31,381 bases of DNA from Candidatus Hodarchaeota archaeon (lineage in GTDB: Archaea > Asgardarchaeota > Heimdallarchaeia > Hodarchaeales > Hodarchaeaceae), in assembly GCA_016839815.1 (NCBI GenBank), contig JAEOTM010000124.1, positions 1-31,381 of the forward strand, read 5' to 3'. The position numbers were made by a program, and so were the translations under genes. Below the pieces are notes generated by a model, which saw only the letters and a program-made list of their open reading frames with translations, ran no database searches and had not been told where the DNA came from. Within the stretch, counting starts at the first letter, position 1, and each line of letters opens with the position of its first letter. This document shows positions 1 through 9,994 of the stretch, piece by piece.

Positions 1-558
1 CCACCGTGTATGGTTCAACTCTATTTTGAGTTAGAAAAGACGGGGCGGTTAGTTCATGTTCAACGTCTTCAGTTAGGTTTTTTCCTTAAACGACTTGGAA
101 TGGCAGTAAATGAGCAGCTACATTTTTGGTATGAGAAATCAGTGGATAATGTAGGACAAACGTTTTCAGAGTTTCAACGAACCTCAGGCTATCAAATTCG
201 TCATCTTTACGGACTAGAAGGAGGAAAAAAGGATTACAATGTGCCTCAATGCTCTACAATTGCAACTGGATATTTTTGTCCTTTTACACATTTAGCTCCT
301 ACAATATTAACTGAGTTCCTCAAAGAAAATTACTACACAACTAAAAAGAATCTATCTATTGGTGATTCTCCACTGAATTCGATAATATCTATAAGTGGTA
401 GTAATCCTACTCAAGCCTGTACACAGTACTTTCGTCTAATTTACAATAGAACTTTTTACCGTAAAATAGTTCATCCTCTTCAATGGACACGATTCGCTAT
501 GAAAATTGAGGATCTTACATCCAAAAATGAGTCTACTGAAAAGCCAACGACGGAGTAG
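1..558 (+). CDS. priL: DNA primase large subunit, C-terminal Fe-S domain (5'-truncated by window edge)
   Basis: The frame is open from base 1 (cca ccg tgt atg = P-P-C-M, the PriL 'PPC' motif), so ATG at 10 is internal. Also HxxRLQLGFFL, YQIRHLYGLEGG, further Cys in PQCSTI and FCPF, terminal HPLQW. Sits directly upstream of priS. Confidence 0.9.
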   Translation, partial: PPCMVQLYFELEKTGRLVHVQRLQLGFFLKRLGMAVNEQLHFWYEKSVDNVGQTFSEFQRTSGYQIRHLYGLEGGKKDYNVPQCSTIATGYFCPFTHLAPTILTEFLKENYYTTKKNLSIGDSPLNSIISISGSNPTQACTQYFRLIYNRTFYRKIVHPLQWTRFAMKIEDLTSKNESTEKPTTE

Positions 559-569
559 AAAAACATACG

Positions 570-1583
570 ATGACTATTGCAAATCGAAGAACAGAACTCC
601 GAGATTATTATTCAACATCGTTTGATGTCCAAAATCTGTCACAGGTGATCGATTTTTCTTCTTTTTCTACACGAGAGTTCGGATTCGTAAGTTTGAGTGG
701 AAAGTTTTTTAGAAATATATCATTTGAAACCCCTAAAGCTTTACAAGACTTTTTAATCGACCGATGTCCAACTGATGCGTATATCGGAGCGGTTTATGAA
801 AATCCTCCTTCACGTCAGAATCCAATTCATACATTAGAATGGAAAGGACATGAATTAGTATTTGACATTGATTTAAATGACTATGACGCAGTACGGAAAT
901 TTGTATGCGACTGTACTGGCGCGGGTCAAGTGTGTATACGTTGTTGGCAATTAATTAATGTCTCTATTAGCCTCATTGATGAAACCTTACGACGAGATTT
1001 TGGGATGAGGGAAATTGTCTGGTTATTTTCTGGAAGACGTGGGGTTCACGGATGGGTTCGTGATCCTGAAACTATTAGTTTAGATCGTGATCTGCGTCAA
1101 TCAATTATAGATTACTTATCTGTAATCAAGGGAGAGGATGAAACAGCTCGGGTACAAGATAGAAAGCAATTAAAATATGAGTTTAGAAAACGAACAGAAT
1201 ACACAATTTTTAAATACTCTTTAAAGGATGTACGGAGAAAAGATCTAGTCGCGATTGGATTAAGTGGGAGTGCCGCATCAAAAATTGTGAATCAGCTAAA
1301 ACATCAGGATGGAAAGGTAGATGAAAATCTTATTAGAAGATTCAACAAGAGCTTGGCGAGTGTAAACAAGTACGATGAAGTAATTCGTCGTTGGGCTCCT
1401 CGGATAGATCATAAAGTCACTATTGATTTACGACGATTATTACGTATGCCTACGTCTATTCATGGGAAAACAGGTAGAGTTGCTCGATTTTTAGACTTAG
1501 ATACAGTCTTTGATTTTAATCCAGAAGATGAACCCTCAATTTTCTCTGATATAAAAAAGTCCAAGGAAATATCTGGATTTTAA
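570..1583 (+). CDS. priS: DNA primase small (catalytic) subunit, archaeo-eukaryotic primase
   Basis: REFGF, ELVFDIDLNDYD (catalytic DxD), SGRRGVH, IDHKVTIDLRRLLRMPTSIHGKTG; Cys cluster CDC..CxxCW. Confidence 0.96.
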   Translation: MTIANRRTELRDYYSTSFDVQNLSQVIDFSSFSTREFGFVSLSGKFFRNISFETPKALQDFLIDRCPTDAYIGAVYENPPSRQNPIHTLEWKGHELVFDIDLNDYDAVRKFVCDCTGAGQVCIRCWQLINVSISLIDETLRRDFGMREIVWLFSGRRGVHGWVRDPETISLDRDLRQSIIDYLSVIKGEDETARVQDRKQLKYEFRKRTEYTIFKYSLKDVRRKDLVAIGLSGSAASKIVNQLKHQDGKVDENLIRRFNKSLASVNKYDEVIRRWAPRIDHKVTIDLRRLLRMPTSIHGKTGRVARFLDLDTVFDFNPEDEPSIFSDIKKSKEISGF

Positions 1584-1665
1584 TGTCTAGATTTCCCCCA
1601 AAATAAACAAAATTAATATTTTACATTCAAATGTCTGTTATTTCACTTATACTAATTCAGGTGAG

Positions 1666-2871
1666 ATGTTGAAATTCGGTATTCGCGATAAAATACTTTT
1701 TCCCTTATTTGGTTTCCTTATTATAATTTTCTGGTTAACCAAATTTACCCTATCTACTTTCTACTTAATTTGTTTTATGATTGTAGGTCTGGCAATTGCA
1801 ATTCTCGCGTCAGAAAAAGCTGTTGAAGGAATAGACGTTTTTGGAAAACGAATGAGACTTACTCCTTACGTCTCGGGAGTACTTTCTTCTTTAGCAAGTA
1901 ATTCTCCAGAATTAGTTATTGGAGGATTTGCCATCCTCAATGGGAAAGTAGAGTTTGCAATTGCATTTATTATTATCGCAACAGGTTTTAATATCTTAAT
2001 GCTTGGAATTTTAGTGATGCTTGGAAATTTTTATCGCAAAGGACCAATCATTATTCCCAAAGAAGTTATTGATATTGAGGTACCAATAGTACGAGTCGCA
2101 ATAGTAATAGTTGGGTCTATATTCGTTTATGGGATTGTTCTCTTTTGTCTGGAAGCCTTTGAGCTCGCAATGAGTGCTGACCAGATTATAGAAAAGACTA
2201 TTCCTCACCTTCCATATGAAGCGAGTATAATTACAGTCCTCGTCTATCTCTTCTATCTTTTCTTTATTATTCGTCATAATCTAAAGAATCGTGATCCTGA
2301 ATCACCTACCACCTCATCAGGTAATGATCACCTAGGTAGTCGTTCGCTTTTGATTTTCACCCTTGTTTTGGCCTTTGTGATGATATTTTTTGCTGGTGAA
2401 ATGATCTCGTCATCTGTGGAACTATTTTTGGATCATGGGATTGATTTAAACGAATTTCAATTAGCCTTCTTTATTGGTGCCGCAGCATCAATTCCAGAAC
2501 ATGCAATCGCTTTATTAGCTGTCAAACATGAAGGGGGAATTGAATTAGGACTTGGAAATTTGATTGCAGGAACCATGCAGAATCTCCTACTTATGACGGG
2601 ATTAGTTTCCTTATTCTCATATATCGGAGCTGTCTTGGGTATTGCTGGCAATAGTTTTCGTGGGATTCCATTGATACATTATGTCCAAGGAACAGGTGAG
2701 CTTCCCGTGCCCTTTTTACTGGTACAATTCGGGTTTGCCTGGTTGCTCCTGTTTATGATAAAATCCTCGATGACTGATGACCAGAAATTAGACATCTATG
2801 AAGGATTCACGATTACTATCGCACAGGTTTTTGTGTTTGTCATTTTCTTAAGAGGGATACTTGGATTTTAA
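1666..2871 (+). CDS. Ca2+/cation antiporter (CaCA superfamily, Na+/Ca2+ or Ca2+/H+ exchanger)
   Basis: About 11 TM helices; two alpha-repeat motifs (SSLASNSPELVIG and GAAASIPEHAIA); GGTGA RBS just before the ATG. Confidence 0.85.
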   Translation: MLKFGIRDKILFPLFGFLIIIFWLTKFTLSTFYLICFMIVGLAIAILASEKAVEGIDVFGKRMRLTPYVSGVLSSLASNSPELVIGGFAILNGKVEFAIAFIIIATGFNILMLGILVMLGNFYRKGPIIIPKEVIDIEVPIVRVAIVIVGSIFVYGIVLFCLEAFELAMSADQIIEKTIPHLPYEASIITVLVYLFYLFFIIRHNLKNRDPESPTTSSGNDHLGSRSLLIFTLVLAFVMIFFAGEMISSSVELFLDHGIDLNEFQLAFFIGAAASIPEHAIALLAVKHEGGIELGLGNLIAGTMQNLLLMTGLVSLFSYIGAVLGIAGNSFRGIPLIHYVQGTGELPVPFLLVQFGFAWLLLFMIKSSMTDDQKLDIYEGFTITIAQVFVFVIFLRGILGF

Positions 2872-2897
2872 GTGAACAATAGAACAGAATATTTTAT

Positions 2898-3521
2898 TTA
2901 TTGGAATTGTCCTGCAACTCCAATCCACCCAGGAACGTGGCAAATTTTGTGAATTCTGATTTCCTTCCTATAAAACAATGTAGATATTCTTCTTATGGAA
3001 AGGGGTCGTTCAAAACCAAATATCCATTGGCCTGTACACTCTAGGTACCATCTATTTAATCGATAGAAAATATCAGGAGTGGGTACCCAACATATTAACC
3101 ACCCTTCCTCTTTAAGATGTTTTAAATGGTTAAAGAGAACTATTTCTTGGTTTTCTCCAGTAAAATGTTCTAGCAGACCATGTGAGTGTACAAAATCATA
3201 TTTTTGGCCTAGATTAAGCTTAAGGATGTTTCTTTTAACAGTTTTAAGTTTAACTCCTCTTTTTTTATAATATTGCTTTGCTAGGGTGAGAGCATATGCT
3301 GAAGTATCAACAAGAGTTGGAGATAATTGATATCTTTTAGTTAATCTGAAAGAGATTTGGCCAGTTGATGAACCCAATTCTAGGAGCGATCCATGGGAAA
3401 TATTCAAGCCATGAAGTAATAATCGATAATTTCTCCAGACAGTAAAGAAGTAATGGGCCTGAAATAGGGGAGTAATTGATTTTTTAGCGTAGGAATCCCA
3501 AGCAGGAGGTCGTTGCGACAT
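2898..3521 (-). CDS. Class I SAM-dependent methyltransferase
   Basis: Motif I LLELGSSTG, acidic VD after strand 2, YDFVHSHGLLEHF, LKEEGWL. Confidence 0.85.
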   Translation of the reverse strand: MSQRPPAWDSYAKKSITPLFQAHYFFTVWRNYRLLLHGLNISHGSLLELGSSTGQISFRLTKRYQLSPTLVDTSAYALTLAKQYYKKRGVKLKTVKRNILKLNLGQKYDFVHSHGLLEHFTGENQEIVLFNHLKHLKEEGWLICWVPTPDIFYRLNRWYLECTGQWIFGFERPLSIRRISTLFYRKEIRIHKICHVPGWIGVAGQFQ

Positions 3522-3613
3522 TCAAATCATCTTCTATGATCACCTACATAAAATCTATAATGAATATTTCTACGTGTATTAATAATTAATTTCCAAGTAA
3601 ATGAGGTTAGAAA

Positions 3614-4246
3614 CTGACAATTCTTTTGTTAACGGGATTCGAACCCTTTGGAGGGTATTCTGTAAATCCTTCAGGGATGATCGCAAACGATTTAGATACA
3701 CAGATATTCTCAAAAATAACGGTTATCGGAAAAACAATACCGCTTCGCTATAATGAGATAAAGCATGAAATTACGCGATTGATAGATACCTATAAACCTG
3801 AAATTGTCATTAACATGGGTCAGGCATCTCGAACGGCAATTTCAATTGAAAGAATAGCAATTAATCTCGCCAATGCTAAGAGAACAGCTTATAACTGTGG
3901 TTCAAAACCCACCGATGAACTTTTGGAATCAGAAGGTCCGGCTGCATATTTCAGTACTCTTCCAGTCACTAATCTTGTCCAATTTCTGAATGACAATCAA
4001 ATTCCCTGCTATACTTCTTATTCCGCTGGTACATTCGGATGTAATCAAATTATGTATCACTCACTTCACCATGTTACTACCCAGGAAAACGCTTTATCCT
4101 GCAAAGTAGGGTTTATTCATCTTCCTCTATTGCCTGAACAGGCTGTAAATAACCCAATGAGTTCATCAATGGACTATCTTATTATGAGGAAGGGAATTTC
4201 TCTTATTATTACTAAATTGTGTGAAATGAAGAAATCGGAGAGCTAG
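3614..4246 (+). CDS. pcp: Pyroglutamyl-peptidase I (peptidase C15)
   Basis: LTGFEPFGG, NPS, catalytic triad E (ERIAIN), C (AGTFGCN), H (GFIHLP). Start placed at CTG 3614 (track uses TTG 3626), see findings. Confidence 0.93.
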   Translation: MTILLLTGFEPFGGYSVNPSGMIANDLDTQIFSKITVIGKTIPLRYNEIKHEITRLIDTYKPEIVINMGQASRTAISIERIAINLANAKRTAYNCGSKPTDELLESEGPAAYFSTLPVTNLVQFLNDNQIPCYTSYSAGTFGCNQIMYHSLHHVTTQENALSCKVGFIHLPLLPEQAVNNPMSSSMDYLIMRKGISLIITKLCEMKKSES

Positions 4247-4314
4247 TATTTTTCTTTGTTAATGTAGAGTATAATGGAAAACACTTATTATTACAGGAAT
4301 ACACATAGGATCAT

Positions 4315-6270
4315 ATGTTATTTCCTAGAAAAAATAGTGGGGATAGAAATAAGGGGATTATCTTTACCTCACTGATTATATGTATTTTATTGATCTTTAG
4401 TTCGGGTAAGTTAGCTGGATCACTGATAATCAAGCCTGAACTCAGTATTGAGTCAAGCAGTGCGGCTGGTCAGATTCAGAGAGTAGCTTTAATGCCTAAT
4501 CTTCCCGAACCATTTAATATGAGAGATTGGGAGCAAGTAACACGTGATTACGATGCACTTTTTTTTAACCTAAGTGCAACTGGGACTTTTTTACCATTGA
4601 TGTCAATAGGAACGAATCATTGGGGAGCAGTGGGGGATCGTGATGTTTTCAGAGCCCCTTCTTATATAGGATTACCCATGTCAGATGAAGCTATCAATCT
4701 TATGGCAGCTGTTCTAAGTGCTACACTCGTAGGAATTGATAAAACTAATCAAAGTGGGTACAATTGGGTGGAAATGTGTGAAAATTGGTATAATATTGAT
4801 ACTCAACAATTTATTTATTTGAACAATTTGCAAACTCATGCTAGTACAAGTTTTTGGTATGTATTATTTCCTAATTTGTTATTTTATATGCTTGCGGATT
4901 ATTATCCTGATGTTGGAGATTTTGAAAACCAGATGAGGGGAGTCGCAGATAGATGGTATGATGCATGTGTAGGTATGGGTGGAAGAGTTGATCCTTGGAC
5001 TATTCCAAATTTTTTACATACTGCATTTAATTTTGCTGAAATGAAACCTTACGACAATGGGATATGGAGAGAACCTGATGCAGCTGGAGCCATTGCTTGG
5101 TTGGAGTATATGGCGTATTTGAAATTTAGTGATCCGAAATATCTGATTGCGGCGGAATGGTGTGTAGAATATTTACACACGATTTCCTTTAATCCTTATT
5201 ATGAAGTTTTATTGCTGTATGGAGCATTAATTACTGCACGTATGAATGCAGAACTTGGTAGAGCGTATAATTTGAATAAAATAATTGATTGGTGTTTTGG
5301 GACAGGAACCGGATCGGTACGTTCAGGTTGGGGAGTTATTGCCGAACAATGGGGAGGTTTTGACGCCTATGGATTAGCAGGAAGTATAACAGACGGAGGA
5401 GGTTATGCATTTGCTATGAATACTTTTGAAACTGTTGGTGCACTCGTCCCTATAGTACGATATGACGATCGTTATGCTCATGATATGGGAAAATTTGTCC
5501 TAAATGCTGCTAATGCAGCACGGCTTCATTATGGCACTGATCTAGATGCAACTCATCAGGATAGTGAAGATTGGAAAGATGTTTACGATCCAAACGATTC
5601 TGTAGCGTATGAATCACTAAGAGAAACTTATGGTGGAATTTCTCCTCTTGCAACTGGTGATTATAACAGGGATAGGTACGCTTCCCAAACTGGACCTACG
5701 AATTTAGGGTTATATGGGAGCTCTCATGTAGGAAATCTAGGTGCAATCATCGCACCAACAAATGATGAGAAAATATTACAGCTAGATTGTTTGGTAACAG
5801 ATTATTATCACGAAGAAGCTTATCCGACGTATCTCTACTATAATCCGTATAATGTAAGTAAAATAGTGGAACTAGACGTAGGTGCGGGAAACAAGAGTTT
5901 ATTCGAAACTACTTTAGAAACTTTCCTCATTTCCAATGTTTCAGGAATTACGTCATTTGATCTTCCCGCCGATACTGCCTATGTTATCGTCGTTGCTCCT
6001 GCAAACGGAACAGTTACTTATGATGGAACACGAACCCTGATTAATAATGTGACTGTTGATTATGAACCAGTTGAGCCAACAACAACAACAACCATTCCTA
6101 TAACTGAAACAACTTCTACAACAACCACATTAACAGTCACTGAAACCACTGACGAATCAACACAAGAACCAACTACCACCACAAGTTCAAGTCCATATTC
6201 CAATCTACTAGTAATAACTCTAAGTCTATGTGTATTTGTCTTAGTCCTGAGGAGAAAGAGGAGAATATAG
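4315..6270 (+). CDS. Secreted, C-terminally anchored protein; probable alpha/alpha-toroid glycosidase-like domain plus Thr-rich stalk
   Basis: N-terminal signal/TM; Trp/Tyr/Asp-rich helical core (MPNLPEPFNMRDW, FWYVLFPN, GGYAFAMN, VRYDDRYA, YGSSHVG); T-rich linker; SPY-TM-RRKRR tail. The fold assignment is inference. Confidence 0.7.
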   Translation: MLFPRKNSGDRNKGIIFTSLIICILLIFSSGKLAGSLIIKPELSIESSSAAGQIQRVALMPNLPEPFNMRDWEQVTRDYDALFFNLSATGTFLPLMSIGTNHWGAVGDRDVFRAPSYIGLPMSDEAINLMAAVLSATLVGIDKTNQSGYNWVEMCENWYNIDTQQFIYLNNLQTHASTSFWYVLFPNLLFYMLADYYPDVGDFENQMRGVADRWYDACVGMGGRVDPWTIPNFLHTAFNFAEMKPYDNGIWREPDAAGAIAWLEYMAYLKFSDPKYLIAAEWCVEYLHTISFNPYYEVLLLYGALITARMNAELGRAYNLNKIIDWCFGTGTGSVRSGWGVIAEQWGGFDAYGLAGSITDGGGYAFAMNTFETVGALVPIVRYDDRYAHDMGKFVLNAANAARLHYGTDLDATHQDSEDWKDVYDPNDSVAYESLRETYGGISPLATGDYNRDRYASQTGPTNLGLYGSSHVGNLGAIIAPTNDEKILQLDCLVTDYYHEEAYPTYLYYNPYNVSKIVELDVGAGNKSLFETTLETFLISNVSGITSFDLPADTAYVIVVAPANGTVTYDGTRTLINNVTVDYEPVEPTTTTTIPITETTSTTTTLTVTETTDESTQEPTTTTSSSPYSNLLVITLSLCVFVLVLRRKRRI

Positions 6271-6344
6271 TCTTCCTCTTCACCTCCTCAGAATTTGACT
6301 TTTTGTCATATACTTTAATAAAAAACTCCTTTTAGAGGGAAATC

Positions 6345-8213
6345 ATGAAATTAACTGTTCTCCCTTTTCGAAAAGTAATTCTTCTTTTTATTGCATTCAG
6401 TATCCCGGTCTTACCAACAGTCTCTATGGTTTTCAGTCAGTCTAGAGGAGTAGATGAAATTACTATCTATACCGACTGGGATTCAATGATAAAATCACGT
6501 AAAACTGCAATTAATAAGTTACCTGCATACACTGAATTTCCTGAATATGCTACAAACTGGACCGACTATACACAAAATAGTATTGATGATCTTTTGACTT
6601 ATGACGACTGTTGGATTAATCTTTCAGGAGGAAATATTGGATTTCGACCGTATGTAAAAGGAGCCGATGGATGGGGAGGAGAAGATTGGACCAGAGAAAG
6701 CTCTGAGCTAATAGCTACCGTTGATGTAATCTGGCCTTTATATCGTTACTTACAACTACATCCTAATTCTACACAGGAGTCACTTGTTAACGAATTCATT
6801 GATAGCTTCCCTTTGTATTATTCCGAATTTTACCAACAAGCTACGAATGGCCCAGGAGAGACTTCTCATGATTCTTGGTACTACTTAGAGAATTCAGTTT
6901 TGAAATGGGGGCAAATCTTTATGATGAGTCAATCTTCGATATTAAATGAATCATATTATGGCTCTCTCAACAGTGCAATAGATATGGCACATAATTTTGA
7001 CTATCTCTTCCCACAATTCGTCAGTGTTGAGACAAAACTACAAACTCGAAATGATAATATAAATTATGGAACTTCTGGATTATTAGCATTCAGTTTAATT
7101 GATGCTTATGAACTTACAGGAGATCTTAGTTATTTAACTGAAGCGAGTATTGCCCTTGAGGCGATGAGAGCTGTTAAACAACCATACAAGCTGATGTATG
7201 AACCACAAGAAATAGCTGCAGGAGTAGCTGCGGCATCAAGACTGCTTCAGTATCTAGATATAATTGAATCAACTACCGATTTTGCTCAACTGGCTATTGA
7301 TTTATTCTATGCAGAAGAACAAGTCTTGTATTATGATAACAGCAAGATCGATTGGTCATTTGGACTCAATCACGATCCAAGTCTTTGGTTGCCATTAAAC
7401 TGGCGAGATGGGATGCATTCACCATATGCGAATCCAAAGGAAGTTGGAACAGGAGGGATTAATGCCCCAGCTTATAAAGAAAATATTGAGGCAATTTTAT
7501 TTTGGACTTCTTTTCTTAAAGATATCTATTTTAGACCTGGCTTCAAAGCAATTGAACCCCTGAAAATTCTCAACTTGAATCGAATAAAGAATTTTTACTT
7601 CTTCAGCCCTAATATTCCTGATCAATACGAACGGTTTTATGGTCCAACCACACTTCAGTATGTGCCTTATGAAGATATAGATTATCATGCTACAAGAGGA
7701 TTTTACGACCCTGATCCGTTAAAAGCGGGATATAATGGAAAAGAGATCTATGGAGCTGGAGAAACTATTTGGAATTATTTAATGTTTGAAGCATTAGGAC
7801 AAGCAAATGATAGTAATTCTCTGATTCTTAACCTGAACATTTTTGATCAATCATACAGTCCTGCTCCTGAAAATCGAGCTTACATCGTTTTCAATCCTTA
7901 TGAGGAACAGAGAAATCTGGAATTTACCTTAAAACATTTAACAATCCAATACAATGTCTATGTTAATGGATCATTACTGGGTCAGTATCAACCAGGAGAC
8001 TCTTTTAGCACAAATCTTCCTCCTCTAGGTTCAGCTTATATTACTCTAGCAGATATCTCCACAGAGTGGACAATACCTATAGCAAATGTTACAACACTCC
8101 CTCACGGCACAGATTCCCTTGAAGAATTTACACCCATCATTCTGTTTCTTGGAATCTCGAGTATAGCTTTGATAGCTGTACTAATGTATGCAATTTTTAC
8201 AAAGAAAGAATAA
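6345..8213 (+). CDS. Secreted, membrane-anchored alpha/alpha-toroid glycoside-hydrolase-like protein (paralog of 22117..24540)
   Basis: Signal peptide; HDSWYY, AYELTGDLSYLTEA (six-hairpin glycosidase-like repeat), PYEDI, GKEIYGAGE..YLMFEAL; C-terminal TM followed by KKE. Confidence 0.7.
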   Translation: MKLTVLPFRKVILLFIAFSIPVLPTVSMVFSQSRGVDEITIYTDWDSMIKSRKTAINKLPAYTEFPEYATNWTDYTQNSIDDLLTYDDCWINLSGGNIGFRPYVKGADGWGGEDWTRESSELIATVDVIWPLYRYLQLHPNSTQESLVNEFIDSFPLYYSEFYQQATNGPGETSHDSWYYLENSVLKWGQIFMMSQSSILNESYYGSLNSAIDMAHNFDYLFPQFVSVETKLQTRNDNINYGTSGLLAFSLIDAYELTGDLSYLTEASIALEAMRAVKQPYKLMYEPQEIAAGVAAASRLLQYLDIIESTTDFAQLAIDLFYAEEQVLYYDNSKIDWSFGLNHDPSLWLPLNWRDGMHSPYANPKEVGTGGINAPAYKENIEAILFWTSFLKDIYFRPGFKAIEPLKILNLNRIKNFYFFSPNIPDQYERFYGPTTLQYVPYEDIDYHATRGFYDPDPLKAGYNGKEIYGAGETIWNYLMFEALGQANDSNSLILNLNIFDQSYSPAPENRAYIVFNPYEEQRNLEFTLKHLTIQYNVYVNGSLLGQYQPGDSFSTNLPPLGSAYITLADISTEWTIPIANVTTLPHGTDSLEEFTPIILFLGISSIALIAVLMYAIFTKKE

Positions 8214-8257
8214 TAGAAGAGTAAGTTAGAAAAAAGAGAGGGGGAGAGAAAATGTGA

Positions 8258-9670
8258 TTATTTTCTCTTACGAACGAATACAGCGGTGCCTATGAGGCTG
8301 AGGGTGATGACTACAAGCTCAAATCCTGGAGCTCCATCATCATCAGTGGTAGGTTCTGCATGCTCTGTGATATCAAATGTGTAAGTAGCTACCCATTTGG
8401 TATTCACCGCATCCGCATGATCTGCCATAGAGCCTGAATAAGTGTTGAATGGTGTCCAATATCGATTAAATCCACCAGTTGGGAAGGCATCAAACGCGTA
8501 ATTCATTACAATCTCGTTTCCACAGTCAATGTTTGTGAGATCATCTAAGTATTCATAGGGACCCCAATTGTAGACATAACCGTGTTTAGAACCTTCATTG
8601 TAAAGAGCGAAGTAGGGTTCTGTGACCTTTGACAGATTGAATGTGGCAACACCACGATCATAGGTATCATCACCTGGAGCATAAACCTTGGAAAGATTGT
8701 TTGATCCAAATGTATCGTATTGGCTATCCATAAGCTGATGTTTCATTCTTAGTGGTTCATCTAAAGCATTCAGAACCGAGAAATCAGTCATAGCTTGTGT
8801 AGCATTGGCACCAGTTAAAGTGAAGTGTTGAGCAATTCCAGGGAAATCGTTGTAAATAGTATATGTACGGGTAGCGTTCATATTTTCAACTTGTTGCCCT
8901 AGGTTGTCTTTGAAGTTTGAATTGGCAACAGCTTTAATAACAGCTCGAACGGGTCCAACAGATTTAATTTCAATTGTATCAGGAGCACCTCCGCCTCGTG
9001 GCCAACCTTCGTCAGCATCTTGGAAGAGTGAGGAAGCCCATCGCCATCTCCAATTGTTTGATGCATTATGGAATCCGCTAACTGCATCCCAACTAGCATC
9101 TTTCATGATGACATGTTTCCAAGTTCCTTGTCTCCAGTCTGCTTCAACTTGAAGACATAGAATTCCCCAGTTGGTTTCGACCCAAATGACATCTCCAATT
9201 GCATGAACATCGTTGGCTAAAGCCGAACCGTTCATTAAATAGGCAGATGACCAAGATGGAAGCCAATCACTATAAGTCACGTTATAATCTCCTTGACCCA
9301 TGGTGATTGTGGCAGATTGACCGTTTGATGTACCTGTTTTGTTTGCCTCTAATTCAAAGGTAGCTGTACCACTCGCTGCAATTGCGGAGGGTAGTTGGAA
9401 GACTAATTCATCAAGGTCAGCATCGTACTGAGTGGGGAGAGCGGTTGTCCCATCCATTACAATGGCGGTTGCTAAGCTGAAGTTACCCGAAAATTCTGAA
9501 CCAGGGATAATTACAGGAGTACCAGCAACCAAAGCATCACTACCTGCTGTAACAACAACAGTAGATGCATGATAAGCTGAAACTGAAGTTGGTTTCGCTT
9601 GGGGGGACAGCATTAAAAATGATAGGATGAATAATCCTATCGCTAACATTTGTATGTTTCGCTTTTTCAT
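8258..9670 (-). CDS. Secreted surface protein, DUF4861-like beta-supersandwich, with PGF-CTERM-like sorting signal
   Basis: MKKR signal peptide; LPTQYDADLDELVF and GPVRAVI motifs; C-terminus GAPGFE-hydrophobic helix-RKRK. Confidence 0.7.
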   Translation of the reverse strand: MKKRNIQMLAIGLFILSFLMLSPQAKPTSVSAYHASTVVVTAGSDALVAGTPVIIPGSEFSGNFSLATAIVMDGTTALPTQYDADLDELVFQLPSAIAASGTATFELEANKTGTSNGQSATITMGQGDYNVTYSDWLPSWSSAYLMNGSALANDVHAIGDVIWVETNWGILCLQVEADWRQGTWKHVIMKDASWDAVSGFHNASNNWRWRWASSLFQDADEGWPRGGGAPDTIEIKSVGPVRAVIKAVANSNFKDNLGQQVENMNATRTYTIYNDFPGIAQHFTLTGANATQAMTDFSVLNALDEPLRMKHQLMDSQYDTFGSNNLSKVYAPGDDTYDRGVATFNLSKVTEPYFALYNEGSKHGYVYNWGPYEYLDDLTNIDCGNEIVMNYAFDAFPTGGFNRYWTPFNTYSGSMADHADAVNTKWVATYTFDITEHAEPTTDDDGAPGFELVVITLSLIGTAVFVRKRK

Positions 9671-9720
9671 TTTAAAAACCTAATTTATATTTTAATAGTT
9701 TAGGAATATGAAAATTTATT

Positions 9721-9732
9721 CATTAAAGATTA
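9721..9732 (-). promoter_or_regulatory. Putative BRE/TATA promoter of the 470-aa gene
   Basis: Minus-strand TAATCTTTAATG about 50 nt upstream of the ATG; similar to the element at 12364-12376. Confidence 0.4.
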
Positions 9733-9985
9733 GAAAAGTCAGACATCGGAGTTTTTTCTATCTTCACACTTGTTTAATTCTTTTCTTTTTTAAATCTAAC
9801 TCCAAAATATTTCTAGTTTAAGACACAATATGGGTAAGTTATATGGGTTGGAGGAAAGAGTCACAAAATCCCAATTTCGAGCCTGATGGTACGAGAAAAT
9901 GTACCGACTTTAATCTCCCAGAGAATTGAACACGATTTGAATGGTTTATAGGAAGAATAATAGAACTTAGTTTGAGGTGAATATC

Positions 9986-9994
9986 AAAAAAAAA
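9986..9994 (-). terminator. Oligo-T archaeal terminator candidate for the 754-aa gene
   Basis: A9 on plus (T9 on minus), about 40 nt downstream of the stop at 10034. Confidence 0.45.

Noticed and set aside
1-1583. Primase genes as a sign of a virus, plasmid or other mobile element
   Set aside because: A two-subunit cellular priL-priS pair among housekeeping genes; no integrase, helicase, capsid, transposase or att/terminal repeats seen
2898-4246. Methyltransferase and pyroglutamyl peptidase as tailoring enzymes of the downstream system
   Set aside because: Common stand-alone genes with no operon link or other evidence connecting them to the locus
6070-6190. ACA/ACC-rich quasi-tandem repeat
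   Set aside because: Simply encodes the Thr-rich linker of the 651-aa protein; not a CRISPR array or DNA-level repeat element
6256-6308. Imperfect hairpin across the 651-aa stop codon and a TGAC-TTTTT-GTCA mini-stem
   Set aside because: Short, low-complexity purine/pyrimidine pairing; cannot be distinguished from chance or an ordinary terminator
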